A DNA stretch of 64,000 bases from an uncultured Verrucomicrobiae bacterium (lineage in GTDB: Bacteria; Verrucomicrobiota; Verrucomicrobiia; Chthoniobacterales; JAFAMB01), in NCBI GenBank assembly GCA_963813025.1, contig CAWEXO010000008.1:64001-128000 (forward strand), written 5' to 3'. Under the pieces are notes generated by a model. It was given only the letters and a program-made list of their open reading frames with translations. It made no database searches and was not told the DNA's origin. Positions within the stretch are counted from its first letter, which is position 1; each line of letters begins with the position of its first letter. Position numbers and translations under genes: made by a program. Positions 1-10,853 of this stretch are shown here, piece by piece.

Positions 1-310
1 TGGCTACCGGCCCGGTGGCGATCTCCGCCGGTACTACGAACCAGCCGTGGCCGCACTCGCCGACCAGAAGATCGCCTACGAGATCAATACGGCTGGATTA
101 CGCAAAGAGGTGCAGGAGATTTATCCAGCACCCGAGTTTATCGAATTGGCCGTGGCCGCCGGTGTCCCGGTGCTGATCAATTCGGACGCGCACGCGCCTT
201 CAGAGATCGGGTTCGCGTTTCCAGAAGCGCGGCAGTCGGCGAGAAACGCAGGCTACACGTCCTTGGTCCGGTTTGAGGGACGCCGGCCATTTCCCGAGCG
301 GCTCGACTAG
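1..310 (+). CDS. PHP-family phosphoesterase (histidinol-phosphatase HisJ-like), C-terminal part, truncated by the window start
   Basis: EINTAG..YP and NSDAH motifs typical of PHP-family C-termini. Confidence 0.8.
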   Translation, partial: GYRPGGDLRRYYEPAVAALADQKIAYEINTAGLRKEVQEIYPAPEFIELAVAAGVPVLINSDAHAPSEIGFAFPEARQSARNAGYTSLVRFEGRRPFPERLD

Positions 311-322
311 AACCAGGTAGTG

Positions 323-1452
323 CTAGTGCCTAATTGCGTAAGTTAGTTATATGTATGGCTACTTTCCCCTGGTGTACCTGGGATTTGGTCCATTCGAAGG
401 GAGCCGCATTGTTATTGTAGTTCTTGATGAAGGTGTCGATGGCGTTGCGCAGCTCTGCCACGCTGGTGAAGTTTGCCCCCTGGAGGGCTTGGCGGCTCAA
501 GATACTAAACCAGATCTCAATCTGGTTGAGCCAAGAAGCGTGGGTTGGAGTGAAATGAAAATGCACATTGGGGTGAGCCTTCAACCAGCGATCTTGCTTT
601 GGCTTATGGGTCGCAAGGTTGTCTAAGACCACATGAATTTCTTTGTCGAGATTTCCGGCAACTACCTGGTTCATAAACTCCAGGAATTCCCGTCGGCGCT
701 GGCGCCGGTAATGACCAGCCTGCACTTGGCCGCTGGCAATGTTGAGGGCGGCAAAGAGAGTGGAGGTGCCATGGCGCTTGTACTCGTGGCTAAAACCCGT
801 CAGCGCCCTGCCATTGGGCAAGCGAATCCAACCTTGGGCTCTTTCCAGGGCTTGAATGGCTGGTTTTTCATCAATGGCCAAGATGAGCGCATTCTGGGGC
901 GGATTGAGATAAAGACCGACAATGTCAGCGGCCTTGCGCACAAACTCCGGATCGGTGGAAATGCACCAGCTGCGGCGCCGTTCCAATTCAATGCCTTGTT
1001 GGCGCAAAATGCGCCAGACTTGATCGGAGGAAACATCGGCCAGACTCTGCGCCAGCAGTCGCCCATTCCAGCGCCCGTAGCCCGCCGGTGGATCTTCATC
1101 CAGCAGCGCCAAGACCCGCTTGACCGTCATTTGATCATACTTGGCCGGCTTTCCACTGCGTGGCGCGTCTTCCAAGCCAGCCAGGCCTTGGCGCACAAAG
1201 CGCCGCCGCCATTTACTCACCGTCACCTCGGGAATGCGCAGGCTCTTGGCAATCGCACGTCCACTCAAGCCCGCTGCCGCCTTCAAGATAATCTGACTCC
1301 TGACCTTGAGCCGGTGTTCGACCCGTTGCGCTCGACTCCAACCCTCCAAGAGCTTGCGGTTTTCCACAGAAAGTTTGATGCGACCCGTTGCCATCCATCC
1401 AACAAATCATAATTTTTCATAAATATAAAGAACTAAAGCAACTAAGTACTAG
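323..1452 (-). mobile_element. IS630-family insertion sequence (type A, copy 1), intact
   Basis: Transposase bounded by imperfect TIRs (CTAGTGCCTAATTGCGTAAGTT vs reverse complement CTAGTACTTAGTTGCTTTAGTT), with CTAG at both ends (323-326, 1449-1452). Confidence 0.9.
330..1394 (-). CDS. IS630-family DDE transposase
   Basis: N-terminal HTH; DEK, YKRHGT, LDNLATH and PTHASWLNQIEIWF motifs. Confidence 0.95.
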   Translation of the reverse strand: MATGRIKLSVENRKLLEGWSRAQRVEHRLKVRSQIILKAAAGLSGRAIAKSLRIPEVTVSKWRRRFVRQGLAGLEDAPRSGKPAKYDQMTVKRVLALLDEDPPAGYGRWNGRLLAQSLADVSSDQVWRILRQQGIELERRRSWCISTDPEFVRKAADIVGLYLNPPQNALILAIDEKPAIQALERAQGWIRLPNGRALTGFSHEYKRHGTSTLFAALNIASGQVQAGHYRRQRRREFLEFMNQVVAGNLDKEIHVVLDNLATHKPKQDRWLKAHPNVHFHFTPTHASWLNQIEIWFSILSRQALQGANFTSVAELRNAIDTFIKNYNNNAAPFEWTKSQVHQGKVAIHITNLRN

Positions 1453-1510
1453 TGCCAACGCCAGTGTCAGTGCCAGTGCTAGTGCTAGTACCAATGCCAG
1501 TGCCAGACTA
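1449..1510. repeat. Degenerate hexamer tandem repeat (YYAGTG)n
   Basis: ccagtg tcagtg ccagtg ctagtg ctagta ccaatg ccagtg; the tract continues on the other side of the IS at about 317-326. Confidence 0.85.
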
Positions 1511-1525
1511 GAGTGGTGTTGCTCC

Positions 1526-2404
1526 ATGTTACTCCGTACCCGCGACCGCGCCATCCTGTTTCCGCGCCGGCCGTTGATCATGGGTATCGTCAACCTCAAC
1601 GACGATTCGTTTTCCGGGGACGGTTCTCTCGATCCGACCAAGGCGCTGAAACAGGCTCGCCAGCATGTAGCCGCCGGTGCGGATATCATTGACATCGGGG
1701 GCGAAAGCGCCCGGACAAATCGAGAAGCGATCGAGGAAACAACGGAGATCCTGAGAGTGGCGCCGTTTGTCGAGCAATTCCCGTCCTCTTTCCATGGACT
1801 GGCTCCACTCGATCGAGAGCAACTCTTTCCGCCTCTCCTCTCGATCAACACGTGGCGAAGCCGCGTGGCACGCGCGTTACTTGCAATCGGAGGCGACATT
1901 CTCAATGACATGAGCGGCCTGGCCGAGAGCGCGAACGCCTGCGCCGCGGCCGAGGCACAGGCCGGGCTCGTGATCATGCACCTAGTCGGCCAACCAAAGG
2001 AAAAGCACACGCACGTGCGTTACGCGGACGTCATCGGGACCGTTCGCCGATTTTTTGCCGATCGGATTGAAAAAGCCGTGGCAACAGGGCTGGACCGGGA
2101 AGCGGTGATCCTGGATCCCGGACTTGATTTCGCCAAACAGTCCAAAGACAACCTGAGGGTTCTCCGTGAACTCCGTCAATTCCAGGACTTGGATCGGCCC
2201 CTGCTCTTGGCGCCCTCGCGAAAGACGGTGATCGACAACGTGCTCGCGTTGCCCGAACCTTCCGAACGAGACGCGGGCACCGTGGCCTGCGTGGTGGCAG
2301 GGATGCTCCGCGGCGCCGCGATTTTTCGGGTGCACAATGTCGTAGCGGCTTCGCAGGCTGTTCGCGTTCTTTGGCCGGTGATCTCGCAGAAGCTGGCGGA
2401 GTAG
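1526..2404 (+). CDS. folP: Dihydropteroate synthase
   Basis: MGIVN..DSFS, DIGGESAR, ILDPGLDFAK, SRK and RVHNV motifs; start placed at ATG 1526. Confidence 0.92.
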   Translation: MLLRTRDRAILFPRRPLIMGIVNLNDDSFSGDGSLDPTKALKQARQHVAAGADIIDIGGESARTNREAIEETTEILRVAPFVEQFPSSFHGLAPLDREQLFPPLLSINTWRSRVARALLAIGGDILNDMSGLAESANACAAAEAQAGLVIMHLVGQPKEKHTHVRYADVIGTVRRFFADRIEKAVATGLDREAVILDPGLDFAKQSKDNLRVLRELRQFQDLDRPLLLAPSRKTVIDNVLALPEPSERDAGTVACVVAGMLRGAAIFRVHNVVAASQAVRVLWPVISQKLAE

Positions 2405-2564
2405 TGCCAGTGCCAGTGCACAGAAGAAGGAGGACTAGTGTAGTGACACTGGCTTGAGCCGCTTGAGCGGGTAAAGCGGCACGAGCGGGAAACAGGAAAA
2501 CTGAGAAATGCCAGCAGACGATATCTGCGTCGGACTTCAGGCAAATCTCGATTTGTGTTCTCTC

Positions 2565-2591
2565 ATTAGCACCAGCACTAACACTGGCACC
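2565..2591. repeat. Hexamer repeat (CACTRR)n, left half of the tract that resumes at 8115
   Basis: cattag caccag cactaa cactgg cac, directly abutting the stacked IS block. Confidence 0.65.
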
Positions 2592-2929
2592 AGTGCAGTG
2601 TATCACTTGTTTCCAGAGCGGACTTGATGGGCGTCCACGGAACATTTCGTAAGGGTGGTCGTGCGTTGAAACCAAATGATACGGTGCACTAGGACCTCTT
2701 GATGGAAGGAGCAACAACAGTGAGGGCCTTCCCGGAATGACGTGAAGGACGTGTTCGTTTGCACGTTTCTGCAGCCCCGCGGCGTGCGACTGATCTTCAG
2801 CGGCTTCGACAACCGGGTCTCAGAAAGTACGTCTCTTGGCGATAAGCCAGAGTTTTGCAATGCATCTTGAAGACGTTCGTAGGCCACATCGCTAAGCAGT
2901 TTGGCCCGTGTGGGCTATCAAAAGGGCCA

Positions 2930-3120
2930 GGCCGCCAAGCTGGAAGCCGACCAAGAACGCGAGACCCATCGCAATGGGACGAGCAAAAAGACGCTCTTAA
3001 GCGAGGAGGCGACTTGGGGATCGAGGTTCCTCGAGACCAGCTCTCAGAGTTTGAACCGCAATTTATCCGCAAGGGTCAGCGACGCTTTGGCGGCTTTGGT
3101 GCCAAAATCATCGCCATGAA
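2930..3120 (+). pseudogene. IS256-family transposase fragment
   Basis: Frameshifted RNGTSKKTL / IEVPRDQLSEFEPQFIRKGQRRFGGFGAKIIAM resembles the IS256 N-terminal VPRDR..FEP...KGQRRF motif. Confidence 0.7.
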
Positions 3121-3419
3121 AATCAGGCGACAAACCATTTATTGTACATTGGCGACAAACTGAGTACCCTGTCGAATTTGTTAATAAATCATCAGAACGC
3201 TACCCAATGGCAACAGCCAAGAAACTATCTTAGGTCACCGAGCGGCCATCGTCTGGGGCCGCGCCGGAGATGTATTGCGGGGTTGGCAGTGAGTGGTTTC
3301 AGAGCGCACGTCCCGCTAATCGGTTTCGGCGGCCGGCTCGGAGCATTTGTTCCGCATTCCGGTGAGCGGATTGGAGGCGAATGCGATCGGGCGTCATTCC
3401 TTAATAACGACGCACGGTC

Positions 3420-4364
3420 GTGACAGACTGCATTATGGCTTTTAGCAATGATTTCGGCTCCGCATTCCGTCGCCTGCGCGGTCGGCTTCCGGTCTATGCC
3501 GGCATGCTTCATCGCTTCGATTGGCTTGCGATGTTCATCCTCGGCCGTTTTGAGATAGTCCAGAAATGGGCCGGCCGCGAAAAGAAGGGCGACTTGTCGC
3601 AGCCTCAGGCCACCGCCGCCCAACGGTCGGTCATTCTCAGCGAAATGACGCCCGAGGAGATCGTCCGCCATATCGGCGTTAATGGGATAGCAGAGGGGCT
3701 CCGGCTCCCCGAGGAAACCGTCGCTGATGTGATCTCGTTCGCCGCCAGAACTCCATGTTACGCTAACGCCGAGCGCGATCGCCCGCTCGATCGGTGTCAG
3801 CGCGGACAGTTGGCCGCCGCGGACGCGGTGATTGGAGACTACCTCGACAGCATCGCCGACTGCGATGCGATCCGACGGCTGTGGCGGGACCCAAAGATCT
3901 TAGCCATTGCGGGTGGCTATTTGGGCAGAAAACCGCTGCCTTTGAGATCACGCCTCTGGTGGAGTTTTCGGAATGACCGCGCGACCTCCGAGGTGCGCGC
4001 CGCTCACGCGCAGGATCTCTTTCACTTTGATCTCGACGACTGGCGCGCCATAAAATTTTTCTTCTACCTGACCGACGTCGGCCGCGAGAATGGTCCGCAT
4101 ATCTATGTGCGGAAGAGCCATCGAAATCGATCGATACGCGATCAACTTTTACCCTTCAAGGGCCGGTCGAGCCGCTACATTGCCGCGCGATACGGTGAAG
4201 CTAATTTCGCAATAATCCAGGGACCGGCCGGGACCGGCTTCGTCCAAGATCCCTACGGTTTTCACACGGGCACCTCGGTGATGGGGGCCTCGCGCCTCAT
4301 TTTCGAGATCGAGTATGGCGTCTCGCGGCCGACCCTGGCAGGGCCGTTCTACGTGCCGCGCTAA
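3420..4364 (+). CDS. PhyH-like Fe(II)/2-oxoglutarate dioxygenase family protein
   Basis: FHFDLDD (HxD), KFFFYLTDV..NGPH...SH and distal GFHTG histidine. Confidence 0.75.
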   Translation: MTDCIMAFSNDFGSAFRRLRGRLPVYAGMLHRFDWLAMFILGRFEIVQKWAGREKKGDLSQPQATAAQRSVILSEMTPEEIVRHIGVNGIAEGLRLPEETVADVISFAARTPCYANAERDRPLDRCQRGQLAAADAVIGDYLDSIADCDAIRRLWRDPKILAIAGGYLGRKPLPLRSRLWWSFRNDRATSEVRAAHAQDLFHFDLDDWRAIKFFFYLTDVGRENGPHIYVRKSHRNRSIRDQLLPFKGRSSRYIAARYGEANFAIIQGPAGTGFVQDPYGFHTGTSVMGASRLIFEIEYGVSRPTLAGPFYVPR

Positions 4365-4504
4365 ATAGGACAGCGATTCGACGCTCGTTCTCGACGAGCC
4401 CCGGCGGCGCCTGGGTGTTCGCTGCATCGAGACCGCGCAATGCGGCAACAACCGCTGGTGGCGTGTTTACCGGCACCTTGATTGCCGCCGCTACCGCGGG
4501 TGGG

Positions 4505-4650
4505 TCACTGCGCCGTTATGGAGCCTCTCGCCATCGCCTCGAAATTCACCGCACCGAGCGTGTCCCTCAGGCTGGTGCACAAGAACAGATCCCGCTTCGG
4601 CGAGGCATTGCTGCAGGCTGTGCCACGACAACCGGCCAAGGAAGGTCACC
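4505..4650 (-). pseudogene. Glycosyltransferase (GT4) fragment
   Basis: Manual translation across a frameshift: VTFLGRLSWHSLQQCLAEA / DLFLCTSLRDTLGAVNFEAMARG, a GT4 C-terminal signature. Confidence 0.6.
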
Positions 4651-4654
4651 CGAT

Positions 4655-5068
4655 GGGACGTTGTCGCTTTATGCAGCCTTAATACCAGGAGTGGTGAGGT
4701 CATCGGCCAGACCACCGCCCGCCACATTAGTGCGGAGTTCGTCGCGTTTTTGGAAGATCTGCTCGCCCGCCAAGCTCCAGCGCAGGCCATTCACCTCATC
4801 TGCGACAACTTGAGCGCACATAAAACCAAAGCAGTCTGCAATTTTCTGGCTCGTCATCCTCAGGTGCGCATTCATTACACGCCGACCTATTCGTCGTGGC
4901 TCAACCATGTCGAAATCTGGTTCTCTAAAATCCAACGTGATCTCATTGCCCGCGGCATCTTTACTTCCATCAAAGATCTGGATCGAAAAATCATGCGTTA
5001 TATTCGCTCTACAACCGCAAAGCCATCCCGATTAAATGGTCCTACAAAGATGCTTTCAACCGCATTAA
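4655..5068 (+). pseudogene. IS630-family transposase (type B), C-terminal remnant
   Basis: GTLSLYAAL..., ICDNLSAHK and PTYSSWLNHVEIWF motifs; frameshifted, N-terminus missing. Confidence 0.85.
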
Positions 5069-5098
5069 ACCCGCTCTGGAAACAAGTGATACACTGCA

Positions 5099-6229
5099 CT
5101 AGTATCTAATTGCGTAAGTTATTTATATGCTTAGTAACTTCCCACTTGATGTACCTGCGATTTAGTCCATTCGAAGGGAGCCGCGTCGCTATTGTAGTTT
5201 TTGATGAATGTCGTCGATCGCATGGCGCAGCTGAGCAACACTGGTAAAGTTGGCTCCTTGCAAGGCTTGGCGGCTCAAGATACTAAACCAAATCTCAATC
5301 TGATTGAGCCACGAGGCGTGGGTTGGAGTGAAATGAAAATGCACATTGGGGTGAGCTCTCAACCAACGATCCTCTTTTGGCTTGTGGCTGGAAAGATTAT
5401 CCAAAACCACATGAATTTCCTTATCGAGATGTCCGGCCAATACTGGTTCATGAACTCGAGGAATTCCCGGCGACGCCGGCGCCGGTAGTGGCCGGCCTGA
5501 ATTTGGCCGCTGGCAATGTTTAGAGCGGCAAAGAGGGTTGAGGTGCCATGGCGCTTGTACTCATGACTAAAACCCGTCAGCGCCTTGCCATTGGGCAGTC
5601 GGATCCAACCTTGCGCCCGTTCCAAGGCTTGAATGGCTGGCTTTTCATCGATGGCAAAGATGAGCGCATTCTGGGGAGGATTGAGATAAAGACCAACAAT
5701 GTCGGCCGCCTTGCGCGCAAACTCCGGGTCAGTGGAAATGCACCAACTGTGGCGCCGTTCCAATTCGATGCCTTGTTGGCGCAAAATGCGCCAGACTTGA
5801 TCGGGGGAAACATCGGCCAGATGCTGGGCAATCAGCCGCCCATTCCAGCGCCCATAGCCCGCCGGTGGATTTCTATCCAGGAGTTCCAACACCCGTTTGA
5901 CTGTGACTTCATCATATTTGGCCGGCTTTCCACTGCGCGGCGCGTCCTCCAATCCAGCGATTCCGTGACGCAAAAACCGCCGGCGCCACTTGCTGACCGT
6001 CACCTCGGGAATGCTCAGACTTTTGCCAATCTCACGTCCACTGCAACCTTCTGCCGCCTTGAGAATAATTTGACTCCTTATTTTAAGCCGATGTTCCACT
6101 CGCTGCGCTCGACTCCAACCCTCCAACAGCTTGCGATCTTCCACATCTAGTTCGATTCGACCCGTTGCCATCGGCCCATCAAACCATAATCTTTAATAAA
6201 TATAAAGAACTAAAGCAACTAAGTACTAG
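5099..6229 (-). mobile_element. IS630-family insertion sequence (type A, copy 2; isoform of 323-1452)
   Basis: Same end sequences as copy 1 (CTAGTATCTAATTGCGTAAGTT ... AACTAAAGCAACTAAGTACTAG), CTAG at both ends. Confidence 0.9.
5106..6171 (-). pseudogene. IS630 transposase, frameshifted (about 5440 and 5205)
   Basis: ORFs 5359..6171 and 5189..5440 together align to the copy-1 transposase; the breaks may be sequencing errors. Confidence 0.85.
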
Positions 6230-6231
6230 TA

Positions 6232-8114
6232 CTAGTCTCAAAATAAGCGAGTTCCGAATGCGACGCGACGAACTTCCCGTTCGGCCAGGCAAATTCTTAG
6301 AAAATGGTGCAAATCCGGTTGGTTCTGGCGACCGAAGGCCCAGGTTTGCTTTTCTCAGGCCAAAACAATGAAAGTTTTTGGAGTTAGTGCGATTTTGGGC
6401 GCCGATACATGCCTCGCCAGGGCATAGCTCTGCCTTGGAAATTTGAGCGTTCCGCCTAGAGTATCGTCAATAGGCCTGCTTCAGGCAGGTGCCATCCGCC
6501 GAAGATTTTCCCAGGCAGCGAAGAAGTCTTTTAGCCAACTGTTGTAACCCATGATCCGATAAATGATCCTCCGACCGCTGCGCACGATCTGTGCCGGCAA
6601 CAACACAATGGCATGCAGGAAGCGCCGGAACTCCATCTGGACTAGCTCCAGCCCCCCTTTGCCGATTGGGCATAAGCAGTCCATACCAGGATTTGAGATT
6701 CCAGGCCAGGGCACTGATGACCATGTAAGCCCAATTACTGAGGAGATCGTCTACCGGCATGCGCATGGCGTTAACCCCATTTTTGAGTTGCTCGATCACA
6801 TTCTCCTGGTCACACCGCTGGTTGGCCAGCGCCACGATCTCTTGGGCCCGATAATTGGTGTGGTTGGTGAGATAGAAGAAGTATCTAATCTCTTCCAAGA
6901 GCACCGTTTCCCCTTTCTGGAGGCTGATGTTTTTGCGCATCACCACCAGCCGATAGCTGCGTCCGCATTTGAGTGGCTGATAATTAAACTCGGCCACGCT
7001 TTCGCCCACCAACTTTTTGTTCAAGTACCCCTTAAACCGCACAATTGCCTCCTTGACCCGAAGGGGCTTACGTCGCGGCTCAGTGGCAATTTCATAGCGA
7101 GCCAAGCGTTCCAGCGGCTGCCAGCCTGCTTCCGGCAAGGCTTCGGCCAGTTGCACTACTTTCTGATGAGCATCCATGCCAAAGAGAAATTTGATCCCTT
7201 GGCTATCCCAGCGATCTAACTCGGCGCTGAGCGTAAAATCGCTGTCCCCGCGCAGCGTGATCTCACCGGCATGGGGGCGCACCAACTCGATGGCCCGCTC
7301 AATCCATGGCACACATCCTTCATGGCTGACGACGTTGCCCGGCCGATTAACCAGATAAAGCACTTCTCGGGTGTTTGCCAACGAGACAATCAAGGGCGCA
7401 TAACCCCAGATGCCTTTGTAGGAAAGCCCTACTCCGCCTTTGCACGCCCCTAAAGTCGGAGCCATTGTGCCATCGATATCAAGAAAGGCTTGGGCAAGAA
7501 AAGCCCGAGGCTGCTTTTTCCACACCCGCTGCCGAGTCGTGTTGATGGCTTCCAGCAAATCCAGAATCGAGCCTTGGTCAAAGCGCCGGGTGAAATCTCC
7601 GCTGGTAGTCGGATCAGGGATACGTTGCGCGCCCAGACCCTCCAGGAAAGCTTCATCGTTGCGCCGCAACTCGATATCTTCCAGCCGTTGGCCATCCAAC
7701 AGTGCATTGTAGGCCAGGTTCAACACATGATCGCTTTCGTGATAGGGCAAATGCCGTTTGAGAAGCTGCACCCGCCCATCGATCTCCTCGGCTAATCCTA
7801 GCCGCTGCCCCATTAGATGGATCGCGCCAATACCGCCGTAGTTTACCGCCCGGTTACGTTCAGCCATCTCAAAATGGATGTTGCTGGCACTCAGCATCGG
7901 TGTCGGCTGTTCACTCCATCGCCGCTCAGGATCCAAACGACGTTCGATTCGGCGCTTGCGATTACGCAGGATCTTCGGATAACTTCTACTCACTCGAAAT
8001 GCCTTTCTTCCTTGGTCTGGTTAGCTTTGCACTTCCCAGCAAACCAAGCATCGAAGCGCATTTCGAGCTTTTTTGTCCCCTCATGCGGTTAAATCACGCT
8101 TCCTTAAGGACTAG
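6232..8114 (-). mobile_element. IS1380-family insertion sequence
   Basis: Imperfect TIRs (TCTCAAAATAAGCG vs reverse complement TCCTTAAGGAAGCG) flanked by CTAG at 6232-6235 and 8111-8114. Confidence 0.85.
6481..7993 (-). CDS. IS1380-family transposase (one frameshift near 6655 in a C run)
   Basis: LDIDGT, GYAPL, NRPGN, LRGDSDF and QENVIEQLK motifs; the C-terminus continues in ORF 6481..6714. Confidence 0.9.
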
Positions 8115-8192
8115 TACTGACACTGACACTGACACTGACACTGACACTGACACTAACACTGACACTAGCACTGGCACTGACACTGACACTAG
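8115..8192. repeat. Hexamer tandem repeat (CACTGA)n, about 13 units
   Basis: Directly visible; reverse complement of the YYAGTG tracts at 1449 and 2402. Confidence 0.95.
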
Positions 8193-8809
8193 CGCTCTCC
8201 AGCGGCGCGCCAAGCCGGATGAGCCACGATGAGAGCCACAGCCTTGCTGGTAAGGGACTTGCCCGGTTCAATCATCGGCCAAGGTGACGCGCCGGATGGA
8301 TGAGGTAACGCGACAAGATCAAAGCGGTGTTCCCATTTCTGTACGCGTTGAATCGTACCAATTAATTCAGTGAACCGCGGCACCGGTTCAATAAATTGGG
8401 CAATCGCCAACCGGCCTACCGCGATCACCAGCCGCGGTTTCAAGATCGCGAACTCGGCGCGCATCCACGGGCGGCAATTCTCAATCTCCGTTGGGTCAGG
8501 CACGCGATCACCCTGTGGACTATCCCGGCCCGGGAAACACCGGCAGACGGCCCCGAAATAAATTCTGTTGCGCATTTCGCTCTCCGTCCAACCCGCAGTC
8601 TGCTCAAACCAGCGGAAAAGATTCCGACCGCCCGTCCAAGCAAAAGGACGTCCAAGGGCCGGTTCGCGAATTCCGGGAGCCTGGCCAACCAGAAACACTT
8701 GACTGACCACCGGTCCGGCGGTGACGGGTCTGGATTGCATCAACGGACAGCGACGGCATTTCTTCAGATCAGCGAGATGCTGTTCGAGCTGCGTTCGCCG
8801 TCGACCCAT
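8189..8809 (-). CDS. Uracil-DNA glycosylase family protein
   Basis: CRRC, GQAPG..E, RCFPG and LPHPSG motifs. Confidence 0.85.
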   Translation of the reverse strand: MGRRRTQLEQHLADLKKCRRCPLMQSRPVTAGPVVSQVFLVGQAPGIREPALGRPFAWTGGRNLFRWFEQTAGWTESEMRNRIYFGAVCRCFPGRDSPQGDRVPDPTEIENCRPWMRAEFAILKPRLVIAVGRLAIAQFIEPVPRFTELIGTIQRVQKWEHRFDLVALPHPSGASPWPMIEPGKSLTSKAVALIVAHPAWRAAGER

Positions 8810-8952
8810 CAGTCGAAAAGCTTCCGCTCGTCCGGCCCAGCAAGCAAACGCTGGCTTTGGGCCATGGTCGGCCGGCTTCACAAACGCCCTTGCACCCCGC
8901 GGCGTTCGCGTCCTAACATAGCTCCCTCGCGGCCACAGCAAGGAGACCTCAC

Positions 8953-9444
8953 TTGGACCTGAAAGAAATCAAAGCGATCATTGACTTGATGAAGAAGAAC
9001 GATCTCGCGGTCTTTAAACTCGAGAGAGAGGGGTTCAAGCTGGAGCTGGAGACGCACCGTGCGCACCCGCCTGCTCCAGTCGTAACGCTGCCGGCACCCA
9101 CTGCCCACGCGAGCGCTCCAGCCACCGCCCCCGGACCGGGGCACGCTGCCGGCACGACGCCGATCGCCCACCCTTCTGAATCTACTCCCGAGAGCGCCGT
9201 ACCGGAGAATCTTAAGGAGATCGTGTCTCCAATGGTCGGCACGTTTTACCGTGCTCCGTCGCCTGATTCGGCTCCCTACATTCAAGTCGGACAAGAGGTC
9301 GATGAAGACACTGTGGTGTGCATCATCGAGGCGATGAAGGTCATGAACGAGATCAAAGCTGAGGTCCGCGGCGAGATCGCCGAGATCCTGGTGGAGAACG
9401 GTACTCCGGTGCAGTTCGGGCAAGCGTTGTTCCGAGTGCGCTAG
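8953..9444 (+). CDS. accB: Acetyl-CoA carboxylase biotin carboxyl carrier protein
   Basis: SPMVGTFY and EAMKVMNEI biotinylation motif, Pro/Ala linker. Confidence 0.97.
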   Translation: MDLKEIKAIIDLMKKNDLAVFKLEREGFKLELETHRAHPPAPVVTLPAPTAHASAPATAPGPGHAAGTTPIAHPSESTPESAVPENLKEIVSPMVGTFYRAPSPDSAPYIQVGQEVDEDTVVCIIEAMKVMNEIKAEVRGEIAEILVENGTPVQFGQALFRVR

Positions 9445-9479
9445 TCATTGTTGATTTTGGGGCAAGTCCGAACCAGCGC

Positions 9480-10839
9480 ATGTTCAGCAAAATCCTGATC
9501 GCCAATCGCGGCGAGATCGCGCTGCGCATCATTCGCGCCTGCAAAGAACTCGGGATCAGGACGGTCGCGGTCTATTCCGAGGCGGACGTCGATTCGCTGC
9601 ACGTCCAGCTGGCCGACGAAGCGATCTGCATCGGCCAGGCGCCGAGCAGCGAGAGTTATCTGAAGATCGATCGGATCATCAGCGCGGCGGAGATCAGCGA
9701 TGTCGATGCGATTCATCCCGGCTACGGTTTTCTGGCCGAGAACGCGCATTTCGCCGAGGTCTGCGCGAGCTGCAACATCAAGTTCATCGGGCCGTCGCCG
9801 GCGGCCATCCGCGCCATGGGCGACAAGAACGCCGCGCGCGGAACAGGCTCGCAAAGCCGGCGTGCCGGTCACTCCCGGCAGCGACGGCATCGTCGAGACC
9901 GAGCAGGACGCGCTCGGCATCGCGAAGAAAATCGGTTATCCGGTGATGATCAAGGCGGTGGCCGGCGGCGGCGGTCGCGGCATGCGCCCGGCGCACAACG
10001 ACGTGAGCCTGGTGCAGGGCTTTCACGCCGCGCGGAACGAGGCCGAGAAGGCTTTTGGCAACGGCGGCGTTTATATCGAGAAGCTGATCGAGAATCCGCA
10101 CCACATCGAGTTTCAGGTCATCGGCGACAGCCAGGGCGACTCGTGCACCTCGGCGAACGCGATTGCTCGATCCAGCGGCGCAACCAGAAGATCGTCGAGG
10201 AATGCCCTTCGCCGCTGTTGGACGACGGATCTGCGCAAGCGGATGGGCGCAGTGCTCGGTCAAGCTCGCCGAGTCGGTCGGTTACGAGAACGCCGGCACG
10301 ATGGAGTACCTGGTCGACAAGAAGGGTAATTTCTACTTCATGGAGATGAACACCCGAATCCAGGTGGAGCATCCGGTGACCGAGGAAGTTTACGGCTGTG
10401 ACCTGGTGAAGGAGCAGATCCACATCGCGGCCGGCGAGCATCTCTCGCAGCACGTAGCGACGGCTCGAGCCGCGCAGCCACGCCATCGAGTGCCGGATCA
10501 ACGCCGAGGATCCGGACAACAATTTCCAGCCTTCCCCGGGCAAGATCGATCTTTACTACGCGCCCGGCGGCCGCGGCGTCCGGATCGATTCGCACGTTTA
10601 CGCGAAGTACACCATCCCGCCGTATTACGACTCGATGATCGCCAAGCTGATCTGCGTTGGATTCGACTCGCGCATCGGCCATTCGCCGCATGTCTCGAGC
10701 CCTTGGCGAGTATCTGATCTCCGGCATTAAGACGACGATTCCGTTTCACATGAATATCATGCGGGACGCCGATTTTCTTCGCGGCGAGTTCGATACCGGT
10801 TTTGTGGAAAGAATGGCCAACCCCAAAAATTTGCGCTGA
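9480..10839 (+). CDS. accC: Biotin carboxylase, broken by about 6 frameshifts (probably consensus errors)
   Basis: [41 protein letters not shown] and [14 protein letters not shown] motifs spread over three frames. Confidence 0.9.
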
Positions 10840-10853
10840 AGACCGATCACTTG

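Larger units (their letters stand above)
2592..5100 (+). mobile_element. Non-autonomous IS630-derived element (type B) carrying cargo DNA
   Basis: Perfect 30-bp inverted repeats AGTGCAGTGTATCACTTGTTTCCAGAGCGG (2592-2621) and its reverse complement (5071-5100); only the transposase C-terminus remains. Confidence 0.75.

Noticed and set aside
351..1412. Long antisense ORFs over IS630 and over other genes throughout the window
   Set aside because: Shadow ORFs typical of high-GC sequence opposite well-supported genes
1388..1525. N-terminal extension of FolP (ASASAS...)
   Set aside because: It is read-through of the IS630 end and the hexamer repeat; the real start is ATG 1526
7900..8232. ORF with a TDTDTD repeat
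   Set aside because: Spurious translation of the IS1380 end plus the CACTGA microsatellite
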